DNA from: Eledone cirrhosa
Taxonomy: Eukaryota
NCBI GenBank assembly: GCA_964016885.1
Contig: OZ024740.1
Coordinates: forward strand, 21,452,001-21,516,000
Reading direction: 5' to 3'
DNA length: 64,000 nt
Within the stretch, counting starts at the first letter, position 1. Every line of letters starts with the position of its first letter. Both the position numbers and the translations under genes were made by a program. The notes beneath the pieces are model-generated. The model was not told where the DNA came from and ran no database searches. It saw only the letters and a program-made list of their open reading frames with translations. Of the stretch, positions 14,624 to 25,234 are shown piece by piece.

Positions 14624-14968
14624 TTTCAGTTGTTATTTGCCGAGATTAAGTAAGTGACATAGTCACTACTTTAAAACTAACAGCGAATGGTCTACTAAAT
14701 GTTTTTAATTAAACATATAGTATATTGCCAAATATACTATACATACATTCAGATATTGTTATATTTAGGGAGTGTCATGTTGTCCTAATATTGCCAAAAA
14801 TAGTAAAACACACTCACTGTTTGGTTTAATTTTCGCTTCAGATTCAGTATATATATATTTTTTATATTTCCATAAATAATTTAGCTGGCAATCAATATTT
14901 ACCATTGATTGGTCAACAGTTAAAAATATTAATATGAATATAATTTCTCAAAGTTCTTTGATTGCTAT

Positions 14969-15107
14969 CTATCTATCTAAGGCGGGTAAAATTCCCGAGA
15001 TCCATCGACGAGTTCTCTCCAGCGGTCTCCATCCCTCATTATCGCTGCCATGTCCTGCATCTCCAACAGACCAGTGTCTGTCCTGAGGGCATCAACATAC
15101 GTTAACC
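14969..15107 (-). mobile_element. RTE-like LINE 3' fragment (5'-truncated) with target-site duplication
   Basis: Matches 17455-17590 ([11 protein letters not shown]...MRDxDRW). Flanked by TTGATTGCTAT at 14958-14968 and 15108-15118. Confidence 0.75.
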
Positions 15108-15114
15108 TTGATTG

Positions 15115-15224
<110 letters not shown>

Positions 15225-16258
15225 TGCGAAGTAGTTTCAGATGTTAAAGTCCTTTATTGGTAATGCTGTGATACATATTTCAACGACACAGTGGCCACAC
15301 GATTTGAAATAAAAAAAAAACGGAATATATATTTTCATATATGTGTGTTTAAATAAGATCGTAGAAAGACTGGAATATAAATGCAACTTCGTACAAACGC
15401 TGTAACCATGCATAGACGATGACAGTTACTTGTCAAGAAGAAGCCGATTAAATCGATCCAATACTTAATTGGTAGCGTATTTTCTCGACCCCAGAAGGAT
15501 GATAGGGAGAGCTGAGCAAGATTTGTCCTGGACCGGCTATTAAGTGCCGTTATGTACTGTTATACTGAAAGGATATGGTGAGGATGATAAACCCATCAGC
15601 ATTTCCGTTAATAGAAGCTCCGCTTATTTACATTAGCTACAAGATATATTATATTTACCAGTATTAGAATTACTATAGACTAGCAGAAAAACCACCCGAA
15701 AGGTGTGTATATTGATATTATACGCAAGTATATATACATGTAGATATGATACATCAAGTAAAATCGTAATTGACAATATACACAGAAATTGAACGAAGAC
15801 TGTGTTACACTGTCTTATGTAATCAGTAACGTAATCGATGGACGGATATATATGAATGTTTATTTAAGCGATCGCTAACCGGAAGTGTTGACAAAATTAT
15901 ATTTAATCAAGAATAACGAAATTTAGTAGATAAATTATGTAATATTCATTCATTCTTTATTCAAAGTAATCCAACTTATTTTACAAACGGGATAAAAAAA
16001 TTTATTCTGGACGCTGTCCCGCACTCCTTACTTGATTATAGTTTAGATTTTCATTTTCTTCTAGTTACTAAAAGTTATATTGTCAGCAAGGTGATGTCTG
16101 GTTGAATTGGTAAATTCATACAATTACATCCATCTCGCGTTGGAAATGAAATAAGTTTTCAGTTTATCTCTTTTATGTTTTCCTCTAGTCGGAAAGAAAT
16201 GATAAGATGCGAGTTGTGAGATCATTTATTTGTATATTCAGCTATCTTTGTACATGAG

Positions 16259-16295
<37 letters not shown>

Positions 16296-16319
16296 ACATA
16301 TATATATATATATATATAT

Positions 16320-17238
16320 GTTTCTTTTATTTGCCACTAGGGCATCAAAAGTGGGACAAGTACAAAGGGGGGAGTTTACACAAAAAGGCGTCCTCAATAA
16401 GGAGGAGGCAATAACAAAATATAAAAATAAAATAAGATATAACAAAAAATAAAATTTTTAACAAAATCCTCAATAGAGAGGAGGCGCCTTGGGGGGTCGC
16501 ACACACCCCCGAAAAAAGTGTGCAACCCTTCTCCTCAGGAGCACATAGAAGGGGTGCTCCCTTGGTCTTTCATCTTCCTCACCTATAGTCTGATGTAGAG
16601 TGAAGGCCCATTCACACGGGCCATTCTCGCCACTTTCACCCATCTTTCATAGAAACGGCTGGGGTGCAGCACCTCTCTCTCCATCCTGATCCTTCTTCCG
16701 AAATGATATCGGAAGAAACGGACCAGTTGTTGGCCAGAGAGAAAGGTGCCTGACCTCAGTCCTTTCAGACGCGTCCACCATACAACCTCTTTCGCCATGG
16801 CTATTACGCACAGAAACACCGCCTCTGCTTCATCTTTGAAGGGGGGAGGCGGCTTGATCATTACAATAGACTCGGTGGTCAACTGGATCGGTCCCACCCT
16901 TGACAGCAGTTGTTCGACATAGCCCCACAGATCGGCTACGCTCGAGCAGTGTACCAATGCGTGTGCAACGGTTTCCTCGTCGCACACGCATCTGGGACAG
17001 ATCTTTTTGGCGGGGTCCCTACCCGGGCGCCCGTGTCTGTAGAGCCTTTCTCGAACGGGTAAAGCCCCTCGGTAGCACTGCCAGGCCAGGGACTTCTGGA
17101 AGTTGTCCATAGGTCCCGGGCTGAATGTCCTACCGAACAGGCTGGCCAGTTCGTCCTCCTCCATGTCTAGGGCTTCTCCGAGGGCGTCGTCGCACCTGCT
17201 GCGTACCAGCCCTCTATAGAATGTTGCGGTGGAGTCTC

Positions 17239-17241
<3 letters not shown>
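16320..17241 (-). mobile_element. L1/Tx1-clade element A, 5'-truncated (ORF2 C-terminus plus 3'UTR), flanked by (TA)n
   Basis: Peptide [13 protein letters not shown]...CPRC...[10 protein letters not shown] (zf-RVT-like) is homologous to elements B-E. AATAAA lies before the 3' end. Confidence 0.9.
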
Positions 17242-17315
<74 letters not shown>

Positions 17316-17324
17316 CTAGCTGGC

Positions 17325-17388
<64 letters not shown>

Positions 17389-17397
17389 GCCAGCTAG

Positions 17398-17451
<54 letters not shown>

Positions 17452-17454
17452 TCT
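17242..17454. repeat. (TA)n tract containing an inverted repeat TACTAGCTGGCCTGTA ... TACAGGCCAGCTAGTA
   Basis: Seen directly. Confidence 0.9.
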
Positions 17455-17720
17455 AGGGGGGGTGGTAAAATTCCCAAGATCCATGGACGAGTTCTCTCCA
17501 GCGGTCTCTGTCCCTCATTACCGCTGCCATGTCCTGCGTCTCCAACAGACCAGTGTCTGTCCTTAGGGCATCAATATACGTTAACCTTGGTCTTCCTCTT
17601 CCAGTGTGTCCATGTAGGGGCTCCCACAGGAGCACTGAGTGCAATGTCAACTCTGGATGTCAGTGAGCATGTCCAGCTAACCTCAGTCTCCTCTGTGTCA
17701 CTTTTGAGCTGACTTTTGGG
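17455..17720 (-). mobile_element. RTE-like LINE 3' fragment
   Basis: LRLAGHA...VLLWEPLHG...GRPRLTYIDAL is a typical RTE-clade C-terminus. Confidence 0.8.
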
Positions 17721-18100
<380 letters not shown>

Positions 18101-18169
18101 GAAAAGAGATGAAATCGAAAATGCAACTGGAGTCTTATTTAAAAAAATATATATATATTTATTTCGTTC

Positions 18170-18205
18170 CTTTACCAGTTTCGCAGTTCTTCTGCTTTTC
18201 AACAG
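18170..18205 (-). ncRNA. Minimal hammerhead motif, U3-A8 variant (degenerate copy)
   Basis: rc reads TTGAAAA GCAG-AAGAA-CTGC GAAAC TG GTA AAG. Confidence 0.5.
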
Positions 18206-18829
18206 TAGAGTTGAGATGGAGAGTCTGTGGTTTTTCTCACATCTGGTTGGTCTTTGAATGTTACTTGTTTTATATGGAAAAAAGTGGCTCGAAACGCCAG
18301 GTTTTTAGAGAAGTAATTTGATTGGTTGGTCAATAAGTATAATAAATTTCACGCCAGTTCGCGTTACAAAGTTCTTCAAACAAGTGAAGTTTTGTTGGTT
18401 GATGCAGTCACGTGAAAAAGCACATCAGCTTTCGCGCCAGTTTGTTTGAATTTCTTTTTACTTAAAAAAAAGGGGCTCACGAAGGCTTTGTTTTATAAAT
18501 GTAATTTGATTGGTTATAAATTAAATTATTGCTGTCACGTAAACAAGTTCATTAAATTCCGCGCCCGTATTTGGGAATTTATTTTGTAGCTTTTTCGAGA
18601 ATTTTATGACAAACAAAAGATAATGGTCAAAAGAAATGGAATGGGGGAATTTTTCTGGTTCAGTGAATATGGCAGGTTGTTTTTTCATATATGAGTGAAG
18701 TTTGGTTGGTTGATGCAGTCACGTGAGTAAGCACATCAGCTTTCGAGTCAGTTTGTTTGAATTTGTTGATACCAAGAAGACTTAGTTAAAAAGGAACGCG
18801 ATTACTTAACACATTTTGAATACAAAACC

Positions 18830-19342
18830 AGCTACCTTTACGGACTTCCGAAGATCCACAAGTGTAAAATAATTAACGATGCCTGTAAACAATCCACCCC
18901 AGCCTGCGTGAACACACAATACCCCACAGACCTTAAATTAAGACCAATTGTAGCGGGCCCACAATGTGAAACACACAGACTGAGCAACTCTATAGACATA
19001 CTGCTAAAACCAATTCTCAAACACATACCAATCCTTGTAAGAGACGATCTGGACCTCTTAAACCACCTCCCCAAACATGTGAACGACAACACTATTATTG
19101 TGTCTTTCGATGTAGTGAATCTCTACACAACGATCACACACCAATACAGACTAGAAGCAATAGGATTCTGGCTAGAGAAATATCCCAATGAGATATCTGG
19201 CAGAATAGAAAAAAGCTTCATCACCGAGGGATTAAAATTTATCTTACAGAACAACTTTTTTGATTTCGATGGCAGTACTTACAAGCAAATATCGGGGACT
19301 GCGATGGGTACAAAAGCCGCTCCAACTTATGCCAACAAGTAA
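18830..19342 (+). pseudogene. Penelope-type reverse transcriptase fragment
   Basis: Motifs YGLPKIHK, LRPIVAG, SFDVVNLYT, NFFDFDG..YKQISGTAMGTKAAPTYAN. Truncated by the terminal repeat. Confidence 0.88.
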
Positions 19343-19397
19343 CATTCAAAGACCAACCAGATGTGAGAAAAACCACAGACCCTCCATCTCAACTCTA

Positions 19398-19433
19398 CTT
19401 TTGAAAAGCAGAAGAACTGCGAAACCGGTAAAG
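19398..19433 (+). ncRNA. Minimal hammerhead motif, U3-A8 variant
   Basis: Stem I CTT/AAG, TTGAAAA, stem II GCAG/CTGC, GAAA, palindromic ACCGGT stem III, GUA site at 19430. Confidence 0.62.
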
Positions 19434-19591
19434 GAACCAAATAAATATATATATTTCTTTAAAAATAAGACTCCAGTTGCATTTTTAATTTCATCTTTTT
19501 TTCTTTATACTTTCACTCGTGTAGGACACCTCGGTTATTTTTCATTTTGTAAACAAAATCTCTCTTTCTAATATATATATATATATCACGT

Positions 19592-19793
19592 AATAATAAT
19601 AATAATTGTTTCTACTTTTGGCACAAGGCCAGCAATTACCCAGTGCAGTACTGGTACTTTATTTTATCGACCCTGTAAGGATGAAAGGCAAAGTTAACCT
19701 CGGCGGGATTTGAACTCAGAATGGCAAGGACCGTAACTCTATGCGTCAAAGCATGGCGTCCGACCCTCTACCGATACTGCCAATTCACCGCCT
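19592..19793 (-). mobile_element. tRNA-derived SINE, full length
   Basis: rc begins GGCGGTGAATTGGCAGTATCGG, then B-box GAGTTCAAATCC, core and (ATT)n tail. Confidence 0.9.
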
Positions 19794-19796
19794 TTA

Positions 19797-19890
19797 TAAT
19801 AATAATAATAATTTTTTGTACTGTTGGCACAAGGCCAGCAATTATCCCAGTGCATTACCCCGTAAGGGGTCGATAAAATAAAGTACTACT
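19797..19890. mobile_element. SINE 3' fragment followed by an inverted core fragment
   Basis: GGCACAAGGCCAGCAATT...ACCCCGTAAGGGGTCGATAAAATAAAGTAC (local fold-back). Confidence 0.65.
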
Positions 19891-22800
19891 AATAATAATG
19901 CTTTCTTTATTAACCACAAGGATTTACACAAAGTAAAATATTAAGGGCAATACAGGACAATACAGGACGTTACAAATGGGCATTTCTGCGTGTAAAAAAC
20001 AATAAAACAGAGGATGTAACAAAAAAAGAAACAATGAAAAATTCCTCAATTGGGGGGAGACTTCCGATGGACATTCGTGGAGAAAGCCCATTAAAAAAGC
20101 CACGGTGACCCTGACCACCAGGGCAAGTGCTCTCTCCCAGTTTTCCACCTTCAATTTACAGGCATATACTCACCCATCTTTTAACAAAATGTTGGGAAGA
20201 GAGCACTTCCCTCTCTACCTTGATTTTCCTTTTCAAATGAAATTTGAAAAAGTTAATCAGGGCATCACTGAAGAGGTAAGTGCTCGTCTTCAGCCCTTTC
20301 AAACGTGTCCACCACACTACCTCTTTCGCCATGGCCACGAGACAGATAAAAACTCCATGCCCTTCCCGGCTAAAGGAAGGGGACGGGGAAATCATCACGA
20401 TGGACTCAGCTGATAGCCGGATCCGTCCTATACGCGACAGCAGGTGTTCGACATAAACCCACAAGTCAGCAATGCTCGGACACTGGACGAGTGCGTGCAG
20501 GACGGTTTCGTCGCCCTGCGCGTATCTCGGACATGCCCGCTGACGGCACTTCCATGTCTGTAGAGTTTATCCCGAACTGGCAAAGCTCCTCGGTAGCACT
20601 GCCAGGCCAGGGATTTCTGGAAGTTGTCCATAGGCCCTGGCCCGAAAGTTCTCCCGAACAGGTTGGCTAGTTGGTTTTCGTCGACGCCCAGAGTCTCCCC
20701 AAGTACGTTGTCGCTCTTCCCCTCCACTAATCCTCTATAGAACGCCGAGGTGGATGTTCCACCGATCGCATTAGTCGAGAGCTGTGAGCGCCTGAAGACA
20801 TTCCAGTCTCCAAGCGCTCCCTCTCGGTCTTCGCTTGACCCAGGACTGCAGCTCCGTCAAGGAGACGAGCTGGGGAAACACGCGTCTAACAAACGGCGAC
20901 CACATCTGATCAGCGTCGAGGAAGAGATGGAGATGTCGTAGCCTGAGCGCGTGTCTGCGCATCATCAGCCATGGCAAGCCCAGCCCTCCACATAGCGGTT
21001 GTTGACAGCAGATGGACCGCCTGACCATTGGAGCGCACCCCTTCCACAAAAAGCGAAAGAGCAAACGTTCCAGCGCAGTCAGGCGAGGCTTAGGACAAGG
21101 CACGACGGCCAGGTGGTAGTAGATGACGGACGCGATGTACGCGTTAGCCACCTCCACTCGACCTTTCAGAGAGCTTCCTCTCTGCCCATTTCTGGGTGAG
21201 AGAAGCCACCCTGCTCGTCACCTCGTCCCAGTTTTTGTCCGTCTGGAGGACTGGACAGAACCAGCGCCCGATGATGCTGTTGGACGGCATGGACCTGCCT
21301 CTCCAGGTGCCGAGCTGCAGGCCCACCGACTTACCTGGTTGATCATTGCTCCTGTCACCGCCTCGTATTTTCTTAGTGTAGTGCCGATCACCTCGATGTG
21401 TTTGGCGTTCGACTCCACTTCGGTGACATCGTCTGCATATGCTGACACGGATCTTCCGCATCCCAGTTCGCGCGGGATCCCCTTCAACGTCTCCAGTTTG
21501 TGTAGTAATGGCTCGAGAGTCAATACGTACAACAGGGACGAGAGGGGACATCCCTGGCGGACTGGGCGCATTGTGTTGAACGGTTCCGAAAGGTGACTGT
21601 TCATTCTCACCACAGAGCAGATGTCACTGTGCATGGCAGCGATCCATACCTCTGAAGACGGGCCCAAAGCCAGGACTGCTGCCAGATAACGATGGTCGAC
21701 CCTATTGAAAGCTTTCGACTGATCTAAATTGATCACGGACCCACCCGTGCCAAGTTCCCTAGCTACCCTCTCCACAATGTATCACATGAGGTGGAGGTTG
21801 TTGTGGATGGATCTGTCTGGGATGGTGCATGTCTGCGCTTCTCCCACCAGACCACCAACGACAAGCGCCAACCTCTTCGCTAGCACCTTTGCCAAAATCT
21901 TGAATTCTGTGTTTAGCACAGTTATGGGCCTGAAATTATCTTTGTTATCCCCCTTTTTCGGATCCTTTCTCAGCAGCCTCACCGCTTCTCGGCTCACAGA
22001 GCTGGGAATTCTCCCGTTCTGTTGCTAGTTGCAGTAGACGTCCGCCAAGAGGTCTCCGAACATGCCTGGCATGTACACGTAAAGTTCGTAGGGCAGACCA
22101 TCCAAACCAGGCGATTTACCCCTTGTGCAGCCAGTCATTGCCTTCCGTACTTCAGCGGCTGTTATCGGCTTTTCGCAACACTCAACCTCAGTGGCCGAGA
22201 GCCGAGGCAGTCCGTCGAGGTAGGCACTAAAGTCCATCCCGCGATCTGGCCCGCGCTGCCCCTGAACAGCTGGGCGAAGTGTCGCTGAAAAGCTTTACAC
22301 ATTTTCCCGGGATCGAGTAGCATGCGCCCGTCGTGGTCAACCAAAGACCGGATCGTGGCTTTGTTGCCACGAAGCGCCTCCGCCACTCGGACCGATTGAA
22401 CGGCTTTCGTCCCTTCGTATCTGAGAGCACGCACACTAGCTCTGACAACGCAGCCTTCGTGATTTGCATTGAAGAATGCTGTTTATCCATGTCCACGTTG
22501 GCACATTCAGGAAATCCAGACGGTACCTGTCAGACAGTTGAAACCGTCTGAGCAGGTTTACGAGGCTTTTACACCCTCCTCCCGTATCCGCTAATCCCAC
22601 ACATTCCTTGCGTGCATCTAAGATCCCGTTCCAGTCGCCCACTAACACTAAAGAGCGGGACGTTCCAAGAAAGGTCTTCAGATGCCGGAAGAAATCAGGC
22701 CGCCCTGCTCCTGTCGGGGCATAGACGGCCACTAGCCTGAAAGCTTGCCCGTCTCCGCTGGTTACGTCCAGCACCACCAACTTACCTTCTGGGTCCAGGT

Positions 22801-25126
22801 AGATGGCCCGTATGGCGAGATCCAAACCTCTCCGAAAAAGCACAGCAACTCCTCCCCCCGATCGTGGACGGCTGGGAGATGCGTACACATCGTAGCCGCC
22901 GAAAATCGGTGCGAAGGCCCGTGATTCAGAGATTCTGGTCTCGCTGATGGCCACCACATCTATGTTTAGTGACCTGAGGCCGTTGAGCAGGTGGCCCTGC
23001 TTCCATGACGACCCCAAGCCACGCGCATTTATGCTGCCTATTCTGAGTGAGGTCATGTTGAAAAGGAGTGGAAAAAGATGGGAAAGACCACTTACCTTAC
23101 TTCTCGTTGAAGAAGGATGGTTTCTCCATCCTTCTCACTGTTTGTGGCCCCCTCCAGAAGGATGTCCTTATAAATCCTCCTGGAGAGTATTTGTCGGAAG
23201 TCTCCGATGTCCTTGGGGAATTTTAATTTTAGTGTGGTGTATGTTTTCTGTGTGATGAGAGTGATTTGTATGTGCGGGGTGGTGTGAATTTTTTGGGTGT
23301 TGTATAGTCTTTTTCTGTGATGCTGGTGTTGTGTTGGATGTAGTGTAATAATTGGTTGTTGTTCAAATTTAATGCTGTGTAGTGTGTATCGTTTTGGTTG
23401 CTTTGTTTTGTTTGCGTTTGTTGTGGGTTTGTTTCTGTTTCGCTTGTTGGGGATCTTTGTGGTGTTGGGGTTAATGATGGTGATGGTGTTGGTGTTTGTG
23501 GTGATGGGGCTGGTGATGCTGGTGTGGGTGGTGACATAGCTGTCTTAACCTTTTTGTTAGTTTGTTTCACCCTGCATTTTCTTTTTGGGTTTCTTTTTTT
23601 TTCTTTTTTCCAGATACAGTTTCCCACTCCTCCTCATCATCACAATCTGTCTCCAGTTGCGATAGGTCGGGGAGTGGAAAATCCTCCACAGGCGTTGGTT
23701 TGGTTGTGGCGTGGTGGATGGTGGAGGCGCTGGTGCTAATTCTTGCGCGGTGGGTGGTGGTGGTGTTGAGGCCAGAAAGCCTTTAGGCGGGTTCCTTCGT
23801 CCCAAACGACACACCTAGGCCTACTTCCCTCAACGATTACGGTGAGGTGGCTGCCGTCATTGAGTTCTATCACCTCTGGAATTACCTGTATGTTTTTTTG
23901 GTCCGCTTGGATCAGGAGCACCATCCCAGATCCGGACCAGTTCTCCTACTTTACTTTTATCACCTCAATTACTTTAGTGTCGGCCTCGATATCGGTGAGG
24001 ACGGCAGCGATTAGCCAGGGAATTTCAATGGCCAGCGGAACCTGGGTCACCCTGATCCTTACCAGCCTCTGACCACAATAACTTGGGACGCGTGTGAACC
24101 CGTCACTTTTTAATGGGGCCATGGAGTGCTCTCTGGCTTCCTGTGGGGTTAAGAACACGTCCATGGTTCCATATTTTTGCCCACGTCTGATGTGGTTTTT
24201 TTTACCCACACATGTCCCAAAGCTTCTTGTATCTGGGACTCGGATGCCCGTTCCACTCGGCGCGTTTTAATATTTATCGTCCGATATGACACGGTGAATA
24301 GGCGCTGATGCTCCATGGTATTAGCAGGGGGGGGGGGGGAGAGCTGACCCTGTAACCATATTTTTTTACCATTCGCTTGGCTTCATTCAATTCTTCCTGG
24401 CTTAGCTCAACCGTTTCATTTTTGTTTGCCGCTTTAGCAAACGACACATTTGGTTTTGCGCTGGTGTTGATGTTGTTGTTGTTGTTATTCTTATTGTTGC
24501 TGTTGTTGTGATTGTTATTTTTGATATTATTATTTTAGTTTAAGTTGTGGTGGTGGTGGTATCAGTGGTGTTGGTTGTTCTTTTTGACATTGTGGTGGTG
24601 GGGATGGCAGCTTTAACACCTGTAGACATTGGTAATGGCGGGAAATCCATGTCTGTATGTGACAAATCTAAATAATTGCCATTGCTATTACTTATATTTT
24701 CAGTGTTGGCATTTGTTTCTGTTGTCTGTATTTTGGTTGTCGCTGTTATTGTTGTAGATGGTGTGGCAATTTTTTAGTAATTAGTGTTCTCAGTGTTGTT
24801 GCCTTTGTTCACGTTGTTTGTGGTGGTGCTTTTTCTTTGAATTTCTGTAACTCTCCTCTCAACTTTTACGCCGTTGTCACACGACAGCAGACATATTGGT
24901 GGGAGGCGTGGCTTAGCCATGTTTTTTTTTTATTTTTAAAAGTAAAATGTTCAAATATTGTTCAAATATTGGAGCAAAAGGCCCACATATTATATTTTCC
25001 CCTTCACAGGGCAAAAGACCAAGGGCTTACATCCCTTACACAACAAGAAAAATTAAACAACACATAATTATAACAGGTAAATAAAGCGAGTTACAGGGAG
25101 CGAGCAAAAAGACGTCCGAACAGACC
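19891..25126 (-). mobile_element. L1/Tx1-clade element B, both termini present but degenerate (internal deletion in ORF2, frameshifts)
   Basis: 5' end GGTCTGTTCGGACG, ORF1 ATG at 24920, APE endonuclease from 23056 (SINARGL, AISET, VGDWN), RT (KSPGLDGLP, FRPIT, RQGCPLS, YADD), AATAAA and (ATT)n tail. Confidence 0.93.
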
Positions 25127-25234
25127 AATAATAATTGTTTCTACTTTTAGGCACAAGGCCAGCAATTACCCAATGCATTACTGGTACTTTATTTTATCGA
25201 CCCCGTAAGGATGAAAGGCAAAGTCAACCTCGGC
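25127..25234 (-). mobile_element. 5'-truncated SINE between elements C and B
   Basis: Core plus tail only. Confidence 0.85.

Larger units (their letters stand above)
14132..14750. mobile_element. Hammerhead-bearing ~322-bp repeat (retrozyme/Penelope-LTR-like): one unit, a partial tandem unit and an inverted copy
   Basis: GCTCTGAAATAGCGATG at 14141 and 14463 gives a 322-bp period. 14550-14750 is the reverse complement of ~14165-14365. A related unit lies at 45357-45660. Confidence 0.75.

Noticed and set aside
19592-19793. Genuine tRNA genes
   Set aside because: A/B boxes are followed by SINE core and tail; no cloverleaf evident.
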